In this document: positions 1 to 17,549 of the stretch, piece by piece
How the letters are laid out: the number at the start of each line of letters is the position of its first letter
How positions within the stretch are numbered: the first letter of the stretch is position 1
Source: Alphaproteobacteria bacterium
GTDB taxonomy: Bacteria; Pseudomonadota; Alphaproteobacteria; UBA8366; GCA-2717185
Reading direction: 5' to 3'
Length of the DNA: 42,280 nt
NCBI GenBank assembly: GCA_047631095.1
Contig: JBLHZD010000003.1
Coordinates: 1 to 42,280, forward strand
The notes under the pieces: model-generated
What the model was told of the DNA's origin: nothing
What the model saw: the letters and a program-made list of their open reading frames with translations, nothing else
Database searches by the model: none
Made by a program: the position numbers and the translations under genes

Positions 1-127
1 CGGCTCCGCCGGATTCAGCCAAAACCTTCGTGATCGCCGCCGTCAACGTCGTCTTGCCATGATCAACGTGACCAATCGTGCCGATGTTGCAATGCGGCTT
101 CGTCCGCTCAAACTTTACCTTCGCCAT
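1..127 (-). CDS. tuf: Elongation factor Tu, second copy (5' end only; runs off the window edge)
   Basis: ATG at 127 preceded by GGAGAG; translates [42 protein letters not shown]; identical to 16933-17059; follows fusA as in the str operon. Confidence 0.97.
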   Translation of the reverse strand, partial: MAKVKFERTKPHCNIGTIGHVDHGKTTLTAAITKVLAESGGA

Positions 128-190
128 GACGTACTCTCCGTTACCTTAACTTAACTCGCCAAATCACACTTTAACCGCCGGTGCGGCCAC

Positions 191-2266
191 TTATGCCAAA
201 TTGGCGCGAACTTCTTCGGCCACCGCTTGCGGTACCTGTTCATAATGATCGAAATGCATCGAATATTGCGCGCGCCCCTGACTCATGGACCGCAATGTAT
301 TGATATAGCCAAACATGTTCGCCAGCGGCACCATCGCTGAAATCACGCGCGCATTTCCGCGCTGATCCATGGTCCCAACCTGCCCGCGACGGCTGTTCAG
401 ATCACCAATAATGTCACCCATATAATCCTCAGGCGTCACAACCTCAACCCTCATTACCGGCTCAAGTAACCGAGCAGCGGCCTTTTGCATCGCTTCGCGA
501 AACGCCGCTCGTGAGGCGATTTCAAACGCCATCACGGACGAATCGACATCGTGGCTGGCGCCATCTACCAGCGTCACGCTGAAATCGATAACGGGGAAGC
601 CTGCGAGGACTCCGGCGCCGCGGGAGCTTTCCAGCCCCTTCTCGACGCCAGGAACATATTCCCGAGGCACGCTGCTACCGTGCAACTTGCTCTCGAAGCT
701 GTACCCTGAACCAGGTTTACCGGGTTCAAATTTCAAAATAACGCGCGCGAACTGACCAGACCCACCCGTTTGCTTCTTGTGCGTGTAGTCGACTTCGACC
801 GCCTTGGTGATCGTCTCACGATACGCTACCTGCGGCGCACCAATATTCGCTTCAACCTTGAACTCACGCTTCATGCGATCGACGATAATATCGAGGTGCA
901 ATTCACCCATGCCCTTGATTATCGTCTGGCCGCTTTCGTGGTCTGTCGTCACGCGGAAACTCGGGTCCTCCTGCGCCAACCGGCCCAGTGCGGTGCCCAT
1001 TTTTTCCTGATCGCTTTTCGTCTTCGGCTCAACTGCGATCTCGATAACGGGATCGGGGAATTCCATCCGCTCCAGAATGACCGGATGGGATGTATCACAA
1101 AGCGTCTCGCCTGTCGTGACGTTTTTCAGCCCCGCCAAAGCGACAATATCGCCGGCGCGCGCTTCTTTTACATCTTCCCGGTGGTTGGCGTGCATCAACA
1201 ACATACGACCAACGCGTTCCCGGTTATCCTTTACGGAGTTCAGCACCGCGCCCCCGGTGGACATAACTCCGGAATACACACGCACAAAGGTCAGGGAACC
1301 AACAAACGGATCCGTCATGATCTTGAACGCCAGCGCAGACAGTGGCTCTTCATCTGTCGGTTCGCGGTTCAATCCCTCGTCGCTATCGAGCTCCGTGCCC
1401 GCCGTCGCGCCAATATCCTGCGGCGACGGCATGTAATCAACGACAGCGTCCAACAACGGCTGAACGCCCTTGTTCTTAAACGCCGAGCCCGTCAGCACAG
1501 GGACGAAAGACAGGGAAATAGTGCCCTTACGAATACAGGCCCGCAAGGAATCCTCGCTAATCTCCTTGCCATCAAGATAGGCCTCCATAACGGCCTCATC
1601 CTGTTCAACCGCCAAATCCAATAAGGCTTCCCGATATTCCGCAGCCTGATCGGCAAGATCGGCGGGGATATCTTCTTCCGTATAATCTGCGCCCATCGCC
1701 TCATCGTGCCAGCGGATCGCCTTCATCTTCACCAGATCAATGACGCCTGCGAATTCGGCTTCGCCGCCAATCGGCAGCTGCGTCACCAGAGGCACCGCGC
1801 CCAACCGGTCCTTGATCATATCCACACAACGAAAAAAGTCGGCGCCGGTACGATCCATCTTATTAACGAAACACATCCGCGGCACATTGTATTTGTCCGC
1901 TTGGCGCCAAACCGTCTCACTTTGAGGCTCCACCCCGGCGACGCTATCAAACACCGCTACGGCGCCATCCAGCACACGCAGGCTGCGCTCGACTTCAATA
2001 GTGAAATCAACATGGCCGGGCGTATCGATGATATTGATGCGGTGGTCGCGCCAGAAACAAGTCGTCGCGGCGGACGTGATCGTAATGCCGCGCTCTTGTT
2101 CTTGCTCCATCCAATCCATGGTGGCGTTGCCGTCATGGACTTCGCCAATCTTATGAGACCGGCCCGTATAGAAGAGTATCCGCTCCGTCGTCGTCGTTTT
2201 CCCGGCGTCAATATGCGCCATGATACCGATGTTGCGGTAGCTTTCTATGGGGGTGGTGCGTGCCAT
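191..2266 (-). CDS. fusA: Elongation factor G
   Basis: [22 protein letters not shown] and NKMD GTPase motifs; 691 aa; str operon position. Confidence 0.99.
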   Translation of the reverse strand: MARTTPIESYRNIGIMAHIDAGKTTTTERILFYTGRSHKIGEVHDGNATMDWMEQEQERGITITSAATTCFWRDHRINIIDTPGHVDFTIEVERSLRVLDGAVAVFDSVAGVEPQSETVWRQADKYNVPRMCFVNKMDRTGADFFRCVDMIKDRLGAVPLVTQLPIGGEAEFAGVIDLVKMKAIRWHDEAMGADYTEEDIPADLADQAAEYREALLDLAVEQDEAVMEAYLDGKEISEDSLRACIRKGTISLSFVPVLTGSAFKNKGVQPLLDAVVDYMPSPQDIGATAGTELDSDEGLNREPTDEEPLSALAFKIMTDPFVGSLTFVRVYSGVMSTGGAVLNSVKDNRERVGRMLLMHANHREDVKEARAGDIVALAGLKNVTTGETLCDTSHPVILERMEFPDPVIEIAVEPKTKSDQEKMGTALGRLAQEDPSFRVTTDHESGQTIIKGMGELHLDIIVDRMKREFKVEANIGAPQVAYRETITKAVEVDYTHKKQTGGSGQFARVILKFEPGKPGSGYSFESKLHGSSVPREYVPGVEKGLESSRGAGVLAGFPVIDFSVTLVDGASHDVDSSVMAFEIASRAAFREAMQKAAARLLEPVMRVEVVTPEDYMGDIIGDLNSRRGQVGTMDQRGNARVISAMVPLANMFGYINTLRSMSQGRAQYSMHFDHYEQVPQAVAEEVRANLA

Positions 2267-2302
2267 GTTACAATCCCGACGACGTTTAATACGTCTGCCC
2301 TA

Positions 2303-2773
2303 TTACCAACGATAATGTGAAAATGCGCGGTTTGCTTCCGCCATGCGGTGCGTATCTTCACGCTTTTTAACAGAGCCGCCCCGGTTATTCGCCGCGTCCA
2401 TTAACTCACCGGACAACCGATCCGTCATTGTATATTCGGAGCGTCCACGAGCGCTTCCGATCAACCAACGAAAGGCCAACGCCTGTGCGCGCTCCGTCCG
2501 AACATCGACAGGCACCTGATAGGTGGCGCCGCCAACGCGACGAGACCGAACTTCGACCGTCGGGCGAATATTCTCGATGGCGTCGTGAAAAACTTTCACC
2601 GGATCGCCGCCCGCCTTGCGCTCGATTTCATCCAACGCGCCATACACGGTGCGTTCGGCGACAGACTTTTTCCCATGCATCATCAAGCAATTGATAAACT
2701 TGCTCAAAACAATATCGCCAAATTTGGCGTCTGGGTTAATTTCCCGCTTTTCTGCGCGGTGACGTCGAGACAT
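2303..2773 (-). CDS. rpsG: 30S ribosomal protein S7
   Basis: [12 protein letters not shown] and [13 protein letters not shown]; 156 aa. Confidence 0.99.
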   Translation of the reverse strand: MSRRHRAEKREINPDAKFGDIVLSKFINCLMMHGKKSVAERTVYGALDEIERKAGGDPVKVFHDAIENIRPTVEVRSRRVGGATYQVPVDVRTERAQALAFRWLIGSARGRSEYTMTDRLSGELMDAANNRGGSVKKREDTHRMAEANRAFSHYRW

Positions 2774-2785
2774 ATAATCGTCCCC

Positions 2786-3157
2786 CTATTTCGGCCGTTT
2801 GGCGCCGTATTTCGAACGACGCTGGCGGCGATCGCCAACGCCTTGCGTATCCAGGGTGCCGCGAATGATATGATATCGCACACCCGGCAAATCCTTTACG
2901 CGCCCACCGCGGATCATCACGACTGAATGCTCTTGCAGATTATGCCCTTCGCCTGGAATGTAGCTCGTAACCTCGAACCCATTCGTCAAACGAACCCGTG
3001 CGACCTTACGCAACGCGGAGTTCGGTTTCTTTGGCGTTGTGGTGTACACCCGCGTGCAGACTCCCCGTTTTTGGGGGCAGGCCTCCAAAGCCGGAACCTT
3101 ATTACGTCCCGCCGGAGACTTCCGCGGCTTCCGAATTAGCTGATTAATTGTCGGCAT
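2786..3157 (-). CDS. rpsL: 30S ribosomal protein S12
   Basis: [27 protein letters not shown]. Confidence 0.99.
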   Translation of the reverse strand: MPTINQLIRKPRKSPAGRNKVPALEACPQKRGVCTRVYTTTPKKPNSALRKVARVRLTNGFEVTSYIPGEGHNLQEHSVVMIRGGRVKDLPGVRYHIIRGTLDTQGVGDRRQRRSKYGAKRPK

Positions 3158-3398
3158 GCGCCGTCCTCATTCCAGTCATTACATCTTGTTACACGGACCC
3201 TGATTGTACGCTCATCCAATCTAGTGGAAATTGCAACACAACCAAAAAGCGCGTAGCCCGCTCGTATCAGCGGTTCGCGCCAAATCTATAACTCCACCGG
3301 TCAGACCGGCTATCGTTTTCTCAAGTGCTCGGTTGCTTCGTCTAGCGCCTAACCGATTAACATTTGGCGCTACAGTAAGCCCCCTAAAAAGCTCGCGC

Positions 3399-3427
3399 AT
3401 CTTAGTGTCGCTACATTACATCGTCAA
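3399..3427 (-). promoter_or_regulatory. sigma70 promoter of the rpsL (str) operon
   Basis: TTGACG-N17-TAAGAT on the minus strand followed by GC-rich GCGCGAGC; about 235 nt upstream of rpsL. Confidence 0.7.
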
Positions 3428-3488
3428 GATAAAGATACTCAGTTTTTCAAATATTCTGTTTGAATTTCGACACCTTAACAAATGGCCG

Positions 3489-3539
3489 AAAAGTTTCGCC
3501 GTACTGTCAATCTTAGAACAAAATTACACAGTACGGCGA
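3489..3539 (-). terminator. Probable intrinsic terminator after rpoC
   Basis: Perfect 12-bp inverted repeat TCGCCGTACTGT/ACAGTACGGCGA (3496-3507 / 3528-3539) followed by AACTTTT on the minus strand, 45 nt after the rpoC stop; the loop is long (20 nt). Confidence 0.5.
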
Positions 3540-3584
3540 TATTCACTCACATAATTACCGACGACAGTTTGGCAATAATACCGA

Positions 3585-7973
<4,389 letters not shown>

Positions 7974-8053
7974 CTATTTCGCCACAACAGTTACACCGGG
8001 GACGGCCGTCCCGGTGTGTGACGATTTGGCCGGGCGTTACCGCCCGACCAATC

Positions 8054-11000
8054 TTATTCGCCTTGCTTCAACTCGACGTTGAGACCCAGCGAGCGAAGTT
8101 CCTTCACTAACACGTTGAAGGATTCCGGTATGCCAGCCTCGAAGTTGTCGGCGCCGCGTACGATCGACTCGTACACTTTCGTTCGTCCGGAAACATCATC
8201 GGATTTCACCGTCAACATTTCCTGCAACGTATACGCCGCGCCATAAGCCTCCAACGCCCAGACTTCCATCTCGCCAAAGCGCTGTCCACCGAACTGCGCC
8301 TTGCCGCCCAACGGTTGCTGGGTGACCAGAGAATACGGCCCGATTGAACGCGCATGGATTTTATCATCGACCAGATGGTGCAGCTTGAGCATGTAAATAT
8401 ACCCCACCGTCACCTTTCGGTCGAATGATTCTCCCGTACGCCCATCGACGAGGGTCATTTGCCCCGACGTATGAAGGCCAGCCTGCTCCAACATCGCGTT
8501 GATATCGTCTTCACGCGCACCGTCAAACACCGGCGTTGCGATCGGAATGCCGGCGGTCACATTTTCCGCCAACTCGATCATGGCTTTTTCGTCGAACGCC
8601 TGAATATCACCGGCATAGCGCTCGCCATAGGCGGTTTTCAACGATTCGCGTAATTCAGCCGTTTCACCGGAGCGTTTCATCTCCGCCAAAACTTTGCCAA
8701 TCTGCTTCCCGAGCCCGGCGCACGCCCAGCCAAGATGGGTTTCCAGAATCTGTCCGACATTCATCCGACTGGGAACGCCCAGCGGATTGAGCACGATATC
8801 CACCGGCGTGCCGTCATCCAGGCACGGCATGTCTTCAATCGGCATGATGCGCGAAATAACGCCCTTATTGCCGTGTCGACCCGCCATTTTATCGCCCGGC
8901 TGAATCTTGCGCTTCACCGCAACGAAGACTTTCGCCATTTTCATCACGCCCGGCGGTAATTCGTCGCCACGTTGCAATTTATCGACCTTGTCGTCAAAGC
9001 GCGCCTGCAACCGGTCCACCGCCTCGCCAAACTGCGACTTGATGGCGTCAAGCTGATCATTCACCTTGTCGTTTTTCACAACGATCTGGCGCCATTGACC
9101 CGGCGTGTATCCGCTCAAGAGCGTATCGGTGACTCGACCGCCTTCTTTGACGCCGGCCGGCCCACTAACAATCGTCTGATTCATCAGCACGTTTTTAAGG
9201 CTGTTGAAGAACCAACGTTCCAGAATGGATTTTTCGTCGTCCCGATCTTTCGCGAGGCGTTCAATTTCCGAACGCTCAATGGCGAGCGCGCGTTCGTCCT
9301 TGTCGATGCCGCGACGGGAGAACACCCGCACTTCAACGACTGTGCCCGTCTGACCCGGCGGCACCCGCAGCGACGTATCACGCACATCGGCGGCTTTCTC
9401 GCCAAAGATCGCGCGCAACAGTTTCTCTTCCGGCGTCATCGGCGATTCGCCCTTTGGCGTCACCTTACCAACCAGAATGTCGCCCGGCTGCACTTCGGCG
9501 CCGATATAGACGATCCCGGATTCATCGAGGTTTTTAAGCGCTTCTTCACCGACATTGGGAATGTCGCGGGAGATTTCCTCCTGCCCCAGTTTCGTATCAC
9601 GCGCCATAACCTCAAATTCCTCGATATGGATCGAGGTAAAGACGTCATCGCGAACCACACGTTCAGACACAAGGATCGAATCCTCGAAGTTGTATCCGTT
9701 CCACGGCATGAAGGCGACCAGTACGTTTCGACCCAAAGCGAGTTCGCCCAGATTGGTCGACGGTCCATCCGCCACGATATCGCCCGCGTCAATCTTGTCG
9801 CCAACCTTCACCAGCGGCCGTTGCGTAATGCACGTATTCTGGTTGGAACGTTGGAACTTTAGCAGGTTGTAAATATCAACGCCTGGCGTAGACACATCCG
9901 CGTCTGCGGTGTCTTCCGCGCCGATAACGATGCGGGTGGCGTCCACCTGGACAACCGTGCCCGACCGCCTCGCCACAATGGTGACCCCGGAATCCCGCGC
10001 AACTTGCGCTTCCATACCCGTACCGACCAGGGGCGCCTCACTGCGCACGAGCGGCACCGCCTGACGTTGCATGTTGGAGCCCATCAACGCGCGGTTCGCA
10101 TCATCGTTCTCCAGGAACGGGATCAGCGCCGCCGCGACGGACACAACCTGTTTCGGCGAAACGTCCATCAGGTCAACTTCGTCCGCGCTCGACAAAATAT
10201 ATTCACCGCCGCCGCGACAAGAGATGTTTTCCTCCGTCAACGCGCCGTTTTCGTCGAGTATCGAGTTCGCCTGCGCCACGGTGTAGCGGCCTTCATCCAT
10301 CGCGGACATGTAGATCACTTCGTCCGTGACCTTGCCGTCTTCGACCCGTCGATAAGGCGATTCAATGAACCCGTATTTGTTGACCCGCGCATAGGTCGCC
10401 AGGCTGTTGATCAACCCAATATTCGGCCCTTCGGGCGTTTCAATCGGGCAAATCCGGCCGTAATGCGTCGGATGCACGTCACGTACTTCAAACCCTGCGC
10501 GTTCGCGGGTCAAACCACCCGGCCCAAGCGCCGAAAGGCGCCGTTTATGGGTAATTTCCGCAAGCGGATTGGTCTGATCCATGAACTGCGACAATTGCGA
10601 AGACCCGAAGAATTCCCGGACCGCCGCCGCCGCCGGCTTCGCATTGATCAGATCATGCGGCATGACAGTGTCGATATCGACCGAACTCATGCGTTCGCGG
10701 ATCGCCCGCTCCATACGCAACAAGCCAATGCGATACTGATTTTCCATCAATTCGCCAACAGAGCGGACACGACGATTACCGAGGTGATCGATATCGTCGA
10801 TATCGCCACGACCGTCTTTAAGATCACAGAGAACTTGCACGATCGCCAGAATGTCCTGCTTGCGCAACACACGAACCTGATCGCCGGTTTCCTGCTCCAG
10901 ACGGGAGTTCATTTTCACCCGGCCAACCGCCGACAGATCGTAGCGTTCACTGTCGAAAAACAAGCCTTTGAACATGGCTTCCGCTGTCTCAAGTGTTGGC

Positions 11001-12220
11001 GGTTCCCCGGGACGCATCACACGATAGATATCAATCAACGCATCGGCGCGCGACGCATTCTTGTCCGCCGCCAACGTATTGCGGATATAGGGACCGACTT
11101 TGATATTGTCGATCGCGAGAATCGACATTTCCTTGATGCCCAATTCACCGAATTTCTCCAGCACGTCCTCCAGCACTTCCGCGCCAGCTTCATACATGAC
11201 CTCGCCCGATTCCGGGTCAATCACGTCGGTCGCCATAAAGCGGCCGATCAATTCTTCATCCGTCACGCGGATTTCCGCCAGACTGGATTCTTCGAGCTTG
11301 CGTAACAGACGCGGCGTCACTTTTTGGCCCTCTTCCGCAGCGGCCTTACCGGTCTTTGCGTTAATCAGGTCATGGGTCAGCTTGGCGCCGCTATACCGCG
11401 ACGAGTCAAAGGCGCATTTCCAGCCCCCCTTAACCTGACTGTATTCAATAATGTCGTAAAACAGGCCGAGAATTTCAGCCGGTGACTGACCTTCCGCCTC
11501 TTCCGCCGACAGCACTTTGCCTTCACGCGCCAGTTCTTCGCGTTTTGCTTCGGTCGCGGCGCTATCGAGCGCCAACAGCAACGTCGTCGCCGGCAATTTG
11601 CGGCGTCGATCAATGCGGACATAGAGCAAATCCTTGGCGTCGTATTCAAAATCCAACCAAGAGCCACGGTAAGGGATCACGCGCGCGGCGTGTAGAAATT
11701 TGCCGGATGAATGGGTTTTGCCGCGGTCATGATCGAAAAACACGCCGGGCGACCGGTGCATCTGACTGACGATAACCCGCTCCGTCCCGTTGACGACAAA
11801 CGTGCCGTTGGGAGTCATCAGCGGCATGTCGCCCATATAGACGTCTTGTTCTTTGATATCGCGAATCGAACGTGCGCCCGTATCTTCATCGATATCCCAA
11901 ACGACCAGGCGCAGCGTCACTTTAAGCGGCGCGCCATAGGTCATGCCGCGATGCTGACATTCCTCAACATCGTATTTCGGCGTTTCCAGGTTGTAACTGA
12001 CGAATTCCAGCTGTGAACGGTCCGCAAAATCCTTGATCGGAAACACAGAACTAAACACCGACTGAATCCCTGAAGGCTCAGCGTTATCCTCGTCCCGGGC
12101 TTTCAAAAACAACTCGTAGGACAGTTTCTGAACTTCAATGAGATTCGGCAACGGCGCCACTTCGGTAATTCGCCCAAAGCTCTTGCGAATACGCTTACGA
12201 TCCGTGAAGGAGTTCGCCAT
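8054..12220 (-). CDS. rpoB: RNA polymerase beta subunit
   Basis: [31 protein letters not shown]; 1388 aa. Confidence 0.99.
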   Translation of the reverse strand: MANSFTDRKRIRKSFGRITEVAPLPNLIEVQKLSYELFLKARDEDNAEPSGIQSVFSSVFPIKDFADRSQLEFVSYNLETPKYDVEECQHRGMTYGAPLKVTLRLVVWDIDEDTGARSIRDIKEQDVYMGDMPLMTPNGTFVVNGTERVIVSQMHRSPGVFFDHDRGKTHSSGKFLHAARVIPYRGSWLDFEYDAKDLLYVRIDRRRKLPATTLLLALDSAATEAKREELAREGKVLSAEEAEGQSPAEILGLFYDIIEYSQVKGGWKCAFDSSRYSGAKLTHDLINAKTGKAAAEEGQKVTPRLLRKLEESSLAEIRVTDEELIGRFMATDVIDPESGEVMYEAGAEVLEDVLEKFGELGIKEMSILAIDNIKVGPYIRNTLAADKNASRADALIDIYRVMRPGEPPTLETAEAMFKGLFFDSERYDLSAVGRVKMNSRLEQETGDQVRVLRKQDILAIVQVLCDLKDGRGDIDDIDHLGNRRVRSVGELMENQYRIGLLRMERAIRERMSSVDIDTVMPHDLINAKPAAAAVREFFGSSQLSQFMDQTNPLAEITHKRRLSALGPGGLTRERAGFEVRDVHPTHYGRICPIETPEGPNIGLINSLATYARVNKYGFIESPYRRVEDGKVTDEVIYMSAMDEGRYTVAQANSILDENGALTEENISCRGGGEYILSSADEVDLMDVSPKQVVSVAAALIPFLENDDANRALMGSNMQRQAVPLVRSEAPLVGTGMEAQVARDSGVTIVARRSGTVVQVDATRIVIGAEDTADADVSTPGVDIYNLLKFQRSNQNTCITQRPLVKVGDKIDAGDIVADGPSTNLGELALGRNVLVAFMPWNGYNFEDSILVSERVVRDDVFTSIHIEEFEVMARDTKLGQEEISRDIPNVGEEALKNLDESGIVYIGAEVQPGDILVGKVTPKGESPMTPEEKLLRAIFGEKAADVRDTSLRVPPGQTGTVVEVRVFSRRGIDKDERALAIERSEIERLAKDRDDEKSILERWFFNSLKNVLMNQTIVSGPAGVKEGGRVTDTLLSGYTPGQWRQIVVKNDKVNDQLDAIKSQFGEAVDRLQARFDDKVDKLQRGDELPPGVMKMAKVFVAVKRKIQPGDKMAGRHGNKGVISRIMPIEDMPCLDDGTPVDIVLNPLGVPSRMNVGQILETHLGWACAGLGKQIGKVLAEMKRSGETAELRESLKTAYGERYAGDIQAFDEKAMIELAENVTAGIPIATPVFDGAREDDINAMLEQAGLHTSGQMTLVDGRTGESFDRKVTVGYIYMLKLHHLVDDKIHARSIGPYSLVTQQPLGGKAQFGGQRFGEMEVWALEAYGAAYTLQEMLTVKSDDVSGRTKVYESIVRGADNFEAGIPESFNVLVKELRSLGLNVELKQGE

Positions 12221-12386
12221 TCTTCAACCTCGCGTCAAAAATTTAATTCGCCGGATATTCGGCGAAACCTCGCGTCTGTCGCCAAACGCAAAACACGCGC
12301 CGCCGGAAAAGCTCTTTTCCCCGGGCGCGCAAGACGGGGCGACGCCAAGATGGCGCGCCCCGACTGCAACAGTCTCAAACGTAATG

Positions 12387-12761
12387 CTAGACCAACTCAA
12401 CCGTAGCACCCACGGCTTCAAGCTTCTTCTTGATCTCTTCGGCTTCGTCCTTGCTAGCGGCTTCCTTGATTGCCTTAGGCGCGCTTTCAACGAGGTCTTT
12501 CGCTTCTTTAAGACCAAGACCGGTGATTCCCCGGACTTCCTTGATGACGTTGATTTTCTTTTCGCCAAACGACGCCAAGACAACATCAAATTCGGTCTGT
12601 TCTTCAGCCGCGGCGCCACCGCCATCGGCTGCGACCGCCGCTACGGCGACAGGCGCTGCTGCAGACACGCCCCATTTTTCCTCGAGCATTTTGGAAAGCT
12701 CGGCGGCCTCGATTACGGTTAACGCCGACAGGTCGTCAGCAATTTGCTCTAAATTCGCCAT
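12387..12761 (-). CDS. rplL: 50S ribosomal protein L7/L12
   Basis: [10 protein letters not shown] hinge, [20 protein letters not shown]. Confidence 0.99.
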   Translation of the reverse strand: MANLEQIADDLSALTVIEAAELSKMLEEKWGVSAAAPVAVAAVAADGGGAAAEEQTEFDVVLASFGEKKINVIKEVRGITGLGLKEAKDLVESAPKAIKEAASKDEAEEIKKKLEAVGATVELV

Positions 12762-12830
12762 TTTAAGTCTCCTAGGCTTGATAGTCTCGGTTTGTCTTCT
12801 AAATCAGCCGCGCCACAGGGCGCCGCCGCA

Positions 12831-13340
12831 TTAATCTCCAGCGCCGTATGCCCCGAACACCCGGGCTAACTGACCGCTTGGCGCCTGTAGGACGCCAACA
12901 ATCTTGCCCGCGGGCGCCTGAAGCAGGCCAACCAACTTGCCGCGTAGTGCATCCAACGACGGAAGTTTCGCCAAAGCGACGATAGCGTCAACATCGAGCG
13001 GTTTGTCGCCCAAGGCGCCGCCTACGATTGTCAACTTCTCGTTCGTTTTTGCGAAATCGACCACCACTCTGGCGGCCGCAACCGAGTCTTCGGACACCGC
13101 GATCGCCGTCGGACCAGTGAACAAGTCGCTCAAAGGTTCAAACTGCGTATCTTTCATCGCGATTTTGGCTAACCGGTTTTTCGTTACCTTAAAACCGGCG
13201 CCAGCTTCACGAATTTGGGTTCGAAGCGCCGTTGTCTCCTCTACGGACAAACCATTCTGATGGGTCACAACCAACAGGTTGACACCCTCCAGAGTTTGCT
13301 GGATTTCGGCTACTAGTTCTTCTTTGCGTGATCGGTCCAC
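12831..13340 (-). CDS. rplJ: 50S ribosomal protein L10 (GTG start)
   Basis: KVTKNRLAK, GPTAIA, LAKLPSLD; lies between rplA and rplL. Confidence 0.98.
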   Translation of the reverse strand: MDRSRKEELVAEIQQTLEGVNLLVVTHQNGLSVEETTALRTQIREAGAGFKVTKNRLAKIAMKDTQFEPLSDLFTGPTAIAVSEDSVAAARVVVDFAKTNEKLTIVGGALGDKPLDVDAIVALAKLPSLDALRGKLVGLLQAPAGKIVGVLQAPSGQLARVFGAYGAGD

Positions 13341-13430
13341 GTATAAGTCTCCGATCCTTCTTTGCGCCGCTCCATGAAGAGCGGCAGGTTACAGGATGAG
13401 CGCAACATAGCGACGTCACACCCGTTATTC

Positions 13431-13595
13431 CTGTCCGAGAAGTTCAAGCCAGACGCGACATATGTCGTGCCCAACATTTCCTCCTGTCTCATGTCGGCCA
13501 ACGCCATTCTCGAAAACCCCACTCTCGGGAAATCCCAGGATGACCAGATTAAGCCGGTTGGAAAAATCCTAACCGGCGCCCACAATCTCGGACAG
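13431..13595 (-). promoter_or_regulatory. rplJ (L10) autoregulatory leader RNA
   Basis: Closed by a perfect 10-bp inverted repeat CTGTCCGAGA/TCTCGGACAG; internal GAGA-stem-TTAAT-stem-AGAC layout resembles proteobacterial L10 leaders. Confidence 0.7.
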
Positions 13596-13682
13596 CTGAC
13601 GAAACGCCGTTTTCAACGCGCCGTCGTTTCCCGCAAACGCCGCCCTTTCAAGCGCCGCCGCGTGAATTCTTGTCGTCTGGCC

Positions 13683-14384
13683 TTATTCGCCCGCGTTAAC
13701 GCTGGCAACGTCGATCCGAACGGCTGGGCCCATCGTCGATGAGACCGTAACTTTCTTGATATAAGTGCCCTTGACGCCGCTCGGTTTGGCGCGAGAGATT
13801 GCCCCGATAAAGGCGCGCAGATTATCGTTCAGTTGCGCTTCGTCGAAACTCGCCTTGCCGACGCCGGCATGTATAACGCCCGCCTTTTCGGCCCGGAACT
13901 GAACTTCGCCGCTTTTTGCAGCCTTCACCGCCGTCGCCACATCTGGCGTCACGGTGCCAAGCCGAGGGTTCGGCATCAAGCCGCGCGGGCCCAAGACTTT
14001 ACCCAAGCGACCGACGATCGCCATCATGTCCGGCGTCGCCACACAACGGTCGAAATTCATTTCGCCCGCCTGAATTCTCTCCGCCAGATCCTCGGCGCCA
14101 ACGATATCCGCGCCCGCTTCCCTGGCTTCATCGGCCTTGGCGTCCTTGGCGAACACCGCGACGCGAACCGTTTTGCCGGTGCCATGCGGCAATTGCACAA
14201 CGCCGCGCACCTGTTGATCCGCGTGGCGCGGGTCAATGCCCAGGTTCAACGCGATTTCGATCGTTTCATCGAACTTTACGCTCGCGTTTTCCTTCAGCGC
14301 TTTGACCGCATCGGCCAGCGCGTAATTTTTTTCTGCGTCGATAGAGGCGCGCGCGCCCTTCATACGTTTACCTTGTTTCGCCAT
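13683..14384 (-). CDS. rplA: 50S ribosomal protein L1
   Basis: [30 protein letters not shown]. Confidence 0.99.
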   Translation of the reverse strand: MAKQGKRMKGARASIDAEKNYALADAVKALKENASVKFDETIEIALNLGIDPRHADQQVRGVVQLPHGTGKTVRVAVFAKDAKADEAREAGADIVGAEDLAERIQAGEMNFDRCVATPDMMAIVGRLGKVLGPRGLMPNPRLGTVTPDVATAVKAAKSGEVQFRAEKAGVIHAGVGKASFDEAQLNDNLRAFIGAISRAKPSGVKGTYIKKVTVSSTMGPAVRIDVASVNAGE

Positions 14385-14389
14385 GATGC

Positions 14390-14818
14390 CTACCCCGTCA
14401 CTTCCAAGCCCATTGAACGCGCCGACCCAGCGATAATCTTCATCGCCGCCTCGATATCATTGGCGTTCAAATCCACCATTTTCGCTTCCGCGATTTCGCG
14501 CAACTGCGCCTGCGTCACTTGACCAGCAACAATGCGCCCTGGTTCGCCTGACCCTTTTTCCAGCCCAACCGCCTTGCGCAAATAATAGGACGCGGGCGGC
14601 GTTTTGGTGACAAAGGAAAATGAACGATCCGAATAGGCCGTGATGACCACCGGAATCGGCGTTCCCTGCTCCATGGTTTGCGTGAAGGCGTTGAACGCCT
14701 TACAGAATTCCATGATGTTCAATCCAGCTTGACCAAGCGCTGGCCCAACGGGCGGCGATGGATTCGCCTGACCTGCGGGAATTTCGAGCTTGATGAAGCC
14801 CGCTACTTTCTTCGCCAT
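14390..14818 (-). CDS. rplK: 50S ribosomal protein L11
   Basis: [26 protein letters not shown]. Confidence 0.99.
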   Translation of the reverse strand: MAKKVAGFIKLEIPAGQANPSPPVGPALGQAGLNIMEFCKAFNAFTQTMEQGTPIPVVITAYSDRSFSFVTKTPPASYYLRKAVGLEKGSGEPGRIVAGQVTQAQLREIAEAKMVDLNANDIEAAMKIIAGSARSMGLEVTG

Positions 14819-14842
14819 GTTTTACCTTCCTAAAATGGCCGC

Positions 14843-14869
14843 GCGGTACGGCGCTGACTCGCCTCCCGC
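14843..14869 (-). promoter_or_regulatory. L1-binding hairpin in the rplK leader
   Basis: GCGG-GAG-GCG-loop-CGC-CGTA-CCGC: an asymmetric internal-loop hairpin just upstream of the rplK RBS, the established position and shape for L1 autoregulation. Confidence 0.65.
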
Positions 14870-14890
14870 ACGAATTCAATACGTTTAGTT

Positions 14891-15421
14891 CTAGAGTTTT
14901 TCGACCTGCGAATACTCCAGATCGACAGGCGTCGCCCGACCGAAAATCGATACGGACACTTTGAGCCGCGCCTTTTCTTCGTCAACATCCTCGACATAAC
15001 CGTTAAACGATTGAAACGGTCCATCGCTGACGCGAACCTGTTCGCCGATATCGAAGGTGATTGACGGTTTTGGCCGTTCCACGCCCTCCTTAACCTGATG
15101 CAATATCCGCTGCGCTTCCGTGTCGCTGATCGGCGTCGGCTTGCCCTTACCACCAAGGAAATCGGTGACTTTGGCGGTTTCCTTAATGAGATGCCAACTT
15201 TCGTCGGTCATCTCCATATTGACCAGAATATAGCCGGGGAAGAATTTACGCTCGGCGCTCACGCGGCTGCCGCGACGTAACTCCACTACCTCCTCCATCG
15301 GGACCAGAACCTCCACGATGGAGTCGGTCATATCTTTTTGTTCAGCCTGCTCGGTAATCGATTGCGCGACTTTTCGCTCGAAACCGGAATAGACATGCAG
15401 CACGTACCATCGCTTCGCCAT
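14891..15421 (-). CDS. nusG: Transcription termination/antitermination factor NusG
   Basis: [19 protein letters not shown] motif [13 protein letters not shown]. Confidence 0.99.
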   Translation of the reverse strand: MAKRWYVLHVYSGFERKVAQSITEQAEQKDMTDSIVEVLVPMEEVVELRRGSRVSAERKFFPGYILVNMEMTDESWHLIKETAKVTDFLGGKGKPTPISDTEAQRILHQVKEGVERPKPSITFDIGEQVRVSDGPFQSFNGYVEDVDEEKARLKVSVSIFGRATPVDLEYSQVEKL

Positions 15422-15424
15422 GAC

Positions 15425-15622
15425 CTATCCTCCAACCCCCAAAACAAGCTGCACGCCGCTGGCGAGAATTTTATCAACCAGCAGGAAAAATACAGACGCC
15501 AACGCCACCATGATAAACACCATCGTGGTGGTGATCATGGTTTCCTTGCGAGTCGGCCATGTGACTTTGTCGGCTTCCTGCCGAACCTGCCGCATGAAGA
15601 CTGCTGGGTTTGTCTTCGCCAT
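15425..15622 (-). CDS. secE: Preprotein translocase subunit SecE
   Basis: KVTWPTRKET plus one transmembrane helix; upstream of nusG. Confidence 0.97.
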   Translation of the reverse strand: MAKTNPAVFMRQVRQEADKVTWPTRKETMITTTMVFIMVALASVFFLLVDKILASGVQLVLGVGG

Positions 15623-15711
15623 GTTTTATACTTCCAACGCTTATCTGCTTATGACTACGTATTCGTTAACAAACAACCGACAAATAACGACCGTAACGGA
15701 TGAGCCAGTGC

Positions 15712-15787
15712 TGGCAGGGGCACTAGGGTTCGAACCCAGGACCTTCGGTTTTGGAGACCGACGCTCTACCAACTGAGCTATACCCCT
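15712..15787 (-). tRNA. tRNA-Trp (CCA)
   Basis: AGGGGTATAGCTCAGTTGGTAGAGC...TCGGT-CTCCAAA-ACCGA...GTTCGAAC...CCCCTGCCA; 76 nt. Confidence 0.98.
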
Positions 15788-15868
15788 ATGCGCAATCGAT
15801 GCGCCGGTCCGTGATAACTACGATCCGGCGCGCCGAATACGGGTCAAGATGACCCAAGCCTTACTTAA

Positions 15869-17059
<1,191 letters not shown>

Positions 17060-17180
17060 CGTAATCTCTTTCCTGGCCTAATCCGTGTTTCAATCGTTCC
17101 ATGTTCCAATCGACCGACCTTGCTTCAGGCCGCCCGGCGCCAACCGCGTTTTTATCGACGGCGCGGAACCGTCGGTATTC

Positions 17181-17254
17181 TGGAGCGGGTGATGGGAATC
17201 GAACCCACACAACCAGCTTGGAAGGCTGGGGCTCTACCTTTGAGCTACACCCGC
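17181..17254 (-). tRNA. tRNA-Gly (TCC)
   Basis: GCGGGTGTAGCTCAAAGGTAGAGC...CCAGC-CTTCCAA-GCTGG...GTTCGATT...CCCGCTCCA; 74 nt. Confidence 0.98.
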
Positions 17255-17393
17255 CGATTACGTCTCATCAACGGCTCCGTTTTCGTCGCCTTATCGTCAT
17301 CGGGAAAACCGTCGCATCCGACGTTTTTCCGCTCTTTTCTTTACCATCGTGCCGCAGCGTTTTACCCGTAAAATCAAACGGTTACGCAAACCG

Positions 17394-17478
17394 TGGTGGA
17401 GGGGGTTGGATTTGAACCAACGTAGGCATAGCCAACGGGTTTACAGCCCGTCCCTTTTAACCACTCAGGCACCCCTCC
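17394..17478 (-). tRNA. tRNA-Tyr (GTA)
   Basis: GGAGGGGTGCCTGAGTGG...ACGGG-CTGTAAA-CCCGT, long variable arm, TTCAAAT loop, ACCA end; 85 nt. Confidence 0.98.
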
Positions 17479-17519
17479 ATTTACCGGCGTCACACCAATC
17501 AGACCGGCGCGCGGAGTGC

Positions 17520-17549
17520 GCACTATCTCGATTTAGCTCCGCTTGTCAA
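17520..17549 (-). promoter_or_regulatory. Promoter for tRNA-Tyr/tRNA-Gly/tuf
   Basis: Consensus TTGACA (17544-17549) followed after 16-18 nt by GATAGT/TAGTGC, about 40 nt upstream of tRNA-Tyr. Confidence 0.55.

Noticed and set aside
3231-3554. 107-aa + strand ORF in the rpoC-rpsL gap
   Set aside because: It has a TTG start and no family motif, and it overlaps the rpsL promoter and rpoC terminator, which already explain the region.
7993-8052. Two hairpins between rpoB and rpoC
   Set aside because: Intercistronic stems without U tails are ordinary in this operon.
10540-10600. RpoB NPLAEITH (Ala at E. coli S522) as a rifampicin-resistance allele
   Set aside because: Ala occurs naturally at this position in rifampicin-sensitive bacteria such as Bacillus subtilis; the key D516, H526 and S531 equivalents are wild type.
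13602-13660. Imperfect ~26-bp direct repeat after rplA
   Set aside because: It is degenerate and GC-rich, with indels between copies; no function can be supported.
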